Below are positions 37,500 through 38,952 of a stretch of 38,952 nt of DNA, one piece after another. Location: the UHGV virus genome UHGV-0201407; one strand, written 5' to 3'. Under the pieces are notes generated by a model, which was not told where the DNA came from, did not search any database, and was given only the letters and a program-made list of their open reading frames with translations. The stretch is from a virus. The position numbers were made by a program, and so were the translations under genes. Each line of letters begins with the position of its first letter. Positions within the stretch are counted from its first letter, which is position 1.

Positions 37500-37828
37500 A
37501 ATATATGGTAACTTTGAAAAGCGCAAAAAATGCGCCCGTCGGGTGGAATACGCCCGAACAGGCGGTCGCGGACTTCCTGCTGACGTGTACGAAAATCACG
37601 CCTGACGGGGTTATCGCCGAAATGAAACGGCGAATGAAAAAGCCGTCCCCGTTGAAAAAGACAAGCACGAAAGGAAAAGGACGCGCCGTTGTATGCGTTG
37701 AAACGGGCGTTGTTTATGACTCCGTTTTTCTGGCGCAAGCCGCCGTCGGTTCTGGCATTTGCAAAGCATTAAAAGCCGGAAAGCCGTTCAAAGGCTTTCA
37801 CTGGAAATACAAGGATTCAGTGAAATGA
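37496..37828 (+). CDS. NUMOD1-like DNA-binding protein
   Basis: RAVVCVETGVVYDSV..A....G...ICKAL.....GFHWKY. Confidence 0.7.
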   Translation: MKYMVTLKSAKNAPVGWNTPEQAVADFLLTCTKITPDGVIAEMKRRMKKPSPLKKTSTKGKGRAVVCVETGVVYDSVFLAQAAVGSGICKALKAGKPFKGFHWKYKDSVK

Positions 37829-38379
37829 TACCGTTTCCGAATAAAAAATATGGCGTAATTCTTGCCGATCCGCCGTGGAAATATAAGAATTGGTCGGATA
37901 AGGGATTTCAAAAAAAGGGAGCGGCTGGACAATATTCCTGTATGCCGATTGAAGAAATCCAACAGATGCCCGTTGCCGACCTTGCAGACAAGGATTGTTT
38001 TTTGTTTATGTGGGCGACGTTTCCGCTTTTGCCCGAAGCGTTGGCGACAATGGCGGCGTGGGGATTCAAATACAAAACGGGGGCGTCGTGGCATAAGACG
38101 ACGAAAAACGGAAAGGACGCTTTCGGCACGGGATACGTTTTCCGATCTGCGGCGGAATTGTTGCTTGTCGGAACGCGCGGAAAGCCGAAAGTGCTTAACC
38201 GTTCGACGCGGAACGTCATTCACGGCGTTGTCCGTGAACATTCCCGAAAGCCAGATTCCCAATACGAAATGATCGAGTCGCTCTGTTCCGGCGAACGAAT
38301 CGAGCTTTTCGCCCGTCAACATAGGCAAGGCTGGGACTGCTGGGGAAACGAAACGGACAAGTTTGGAGTCTCATTTTAA
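37825..38379 (+). CDS. MT-A70 family N6-adenine methyltransferase
   Basis: YGVILADPPW, LFMWATFP, WGFKYKT..W.K, GTGY.FR...E.LLVGTRG, REHSRKP, IELFAR. Confidence 0.93.
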   Translation: MIPFPNKKYGVILADPPWKYKNWSDKGFQKKGAAGQYSCMPIEEIQQMPVADLADKDCFLFMWATFPLLPEALATMAAWGFKYKTGASWHKTTKNGKDAFGTGYVFRSAAELLLVGTRGKPKVLNRSTRNVIHGVVREHSRKPDSQYEMIESLCSGERIELFARQHRQGWDCWGNETDKFGVSF

Positions 38380-38490
38380 AGAATGATTGGCAAAAATAAG
38401 CCAAAAGCTGTTTTGATTTTTCCGTCTCGTTGAAAAACAAAAGTGTCGAATCGCTCCGTCATTTCGATTGACGGGAATAATTCCGAAAAC

Positions 38491-38526
38491 AGCCCGACGG
38501 CGCAGACGATGCCCGTTGGGCTTTTT
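38491..38526 (+). terminator. intrinsic terminator of the rightward operon
   Basis: AGCCCGACGG...CCGTTGGGCTTTTT. Confidence 0.65.
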
Positions 38527-38539
38527 AGCTTAAAAAGCG

Positions 38540-38761
38540 TCATTTGCACTTCAAAAAAAGAATGTTGTTCACGTCGATCTGGCGGATCGTTTCCGGCGTG
38601 TCTTTTTCATAATCGGGATAGATCGGCTGATACAGATCGCAAAAGTCACCGTTTAAAACGGTCGTGCAACCCACGCAAAACATCAGGATCGCCAAGAGTA
38701 TCCCGAACGCGGCGGGCTTCTTCAAACGCTTTCTGCTTTTTTTTGAACGATTCGTTTTCAT
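38540..38761 (-). CDS. o-spanin-like lipoprotein (Rz1-like)
   Basis: Basic N-terminus, hydrophobic signal, lipobox VGC, DFCDLYQPIY; overlaps the upstream TM gene in another frame. Confidence 0.65.
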   Translation of the reverse strand: MKTNRSKKSRKRLKKPAAFGILLAILMFCVGCTTVLNGDFCDLYQPIYPDYEKDTPETIRQIDVNNILFLKCK

Positions 38762-38846
38762 ATTTTCGCTTTCCTAAACTGTAAGAAACGGCGCAAAGAC
38801 CGCTTATAAGCGCGGCGATTAAGCCAAAAGTCGCAAAGTTTTGCAT
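38646..38846 (-). CDS. i-spanin-like protein (Rz-like)
   Basis: N-terminal TM then charged helical tail; overlapping downstream lipoprotein. Confidence 0.6.
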   Translation of the reverse strand: MQNFATFGLIAALISGLCAVSYSLGKRKYENESFKKKQKAFEEARRVRDTLGDPDVLRGLHDRFKR

Positions 38847-38869
38847 CACTTCACCCATTTTTTTTGTTT

Positions 38870-38898
38870 ATCGTACTGATTTTAATCGATTTTGTCAA
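38870..38898 (-). promoter_or_regulatory. sigma70 promoter for the spanin-like pair
   Basis: TTGACA-17-TACGAT on minus strand. Confidence 0.75.
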
Positions 38899-38935
38899 AT
38901 TTCGGGGAAATTTCCTTTTTACTACAAAAAAAGTA

Positions 38936-38952
38936 TTGCAATTAAGTTTTAA
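38936..38952 (+). promoter_or_regulatory. -35 box of a promoter completed across the window junction (TTGCAA-17-TACAAA at 7-12)
   Basis: 11 nt at the end plus 6 nt at the start give an exact 17-bp spacer; A-tract upstream. Confidence 0.5.

Overview
The window looks like an essentially complete ~39-kb tailed phage genome with a contractile tail and a Bcep781/APSE-type virion module (DUF1073 portal, MuF, DUF2213, DUF2184 capsid, DUF3383 sheath, baseplate J, DUF2612). A GapR/DUF2312 gene suggests an alphaproteobacterial host (inference). It is probably circular or circularly permuted, because a -35/-10 promoter can be read across the end/start junction. Layout: (i) 64-4667 (+): accessory operon with an XRE HTH, an N6-MTase-like protein lacking motif IV, an Mpi-like serine recombinase, a Lar-ASCH fusion and YopX. 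(ii) 4775-28348 (-): lysis, tail, head and packaging genes. (iii) 28503-32654 (-): nucleotide metabolism (DUF6378, MazG/DUF550-like, ThyX-like), a replication initiator with internal iterons, VRR-NUC, GapR and a Cro-like HTH. (iv) 33010-38379 (+): ERF, Gp157, NinB-like, SSB, a hexapeptide-repeat protein and an MT-A70 methylase. (v) A displaced spanin-like pair at 38540-38846 (-). The most striking unexplained feature is a ~400-nt non-coding array (36204-36609) of five tandem three-way-junction modules. They share no stem sequence, but each carries a hairpin capped by a GAATA-Nx-(G)AATA(A) loop. Next to it is an antisense 30-aa membrane peptide resembling a type I toxin. A second ~700-nt hairpin-rich non-coding tract lies upstream of the replication gene. 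No integrase, CRISPR array, tRNA, reverse transcriptase or purZ was seen. All family assignments are from motif recognition by eye, not database searches.
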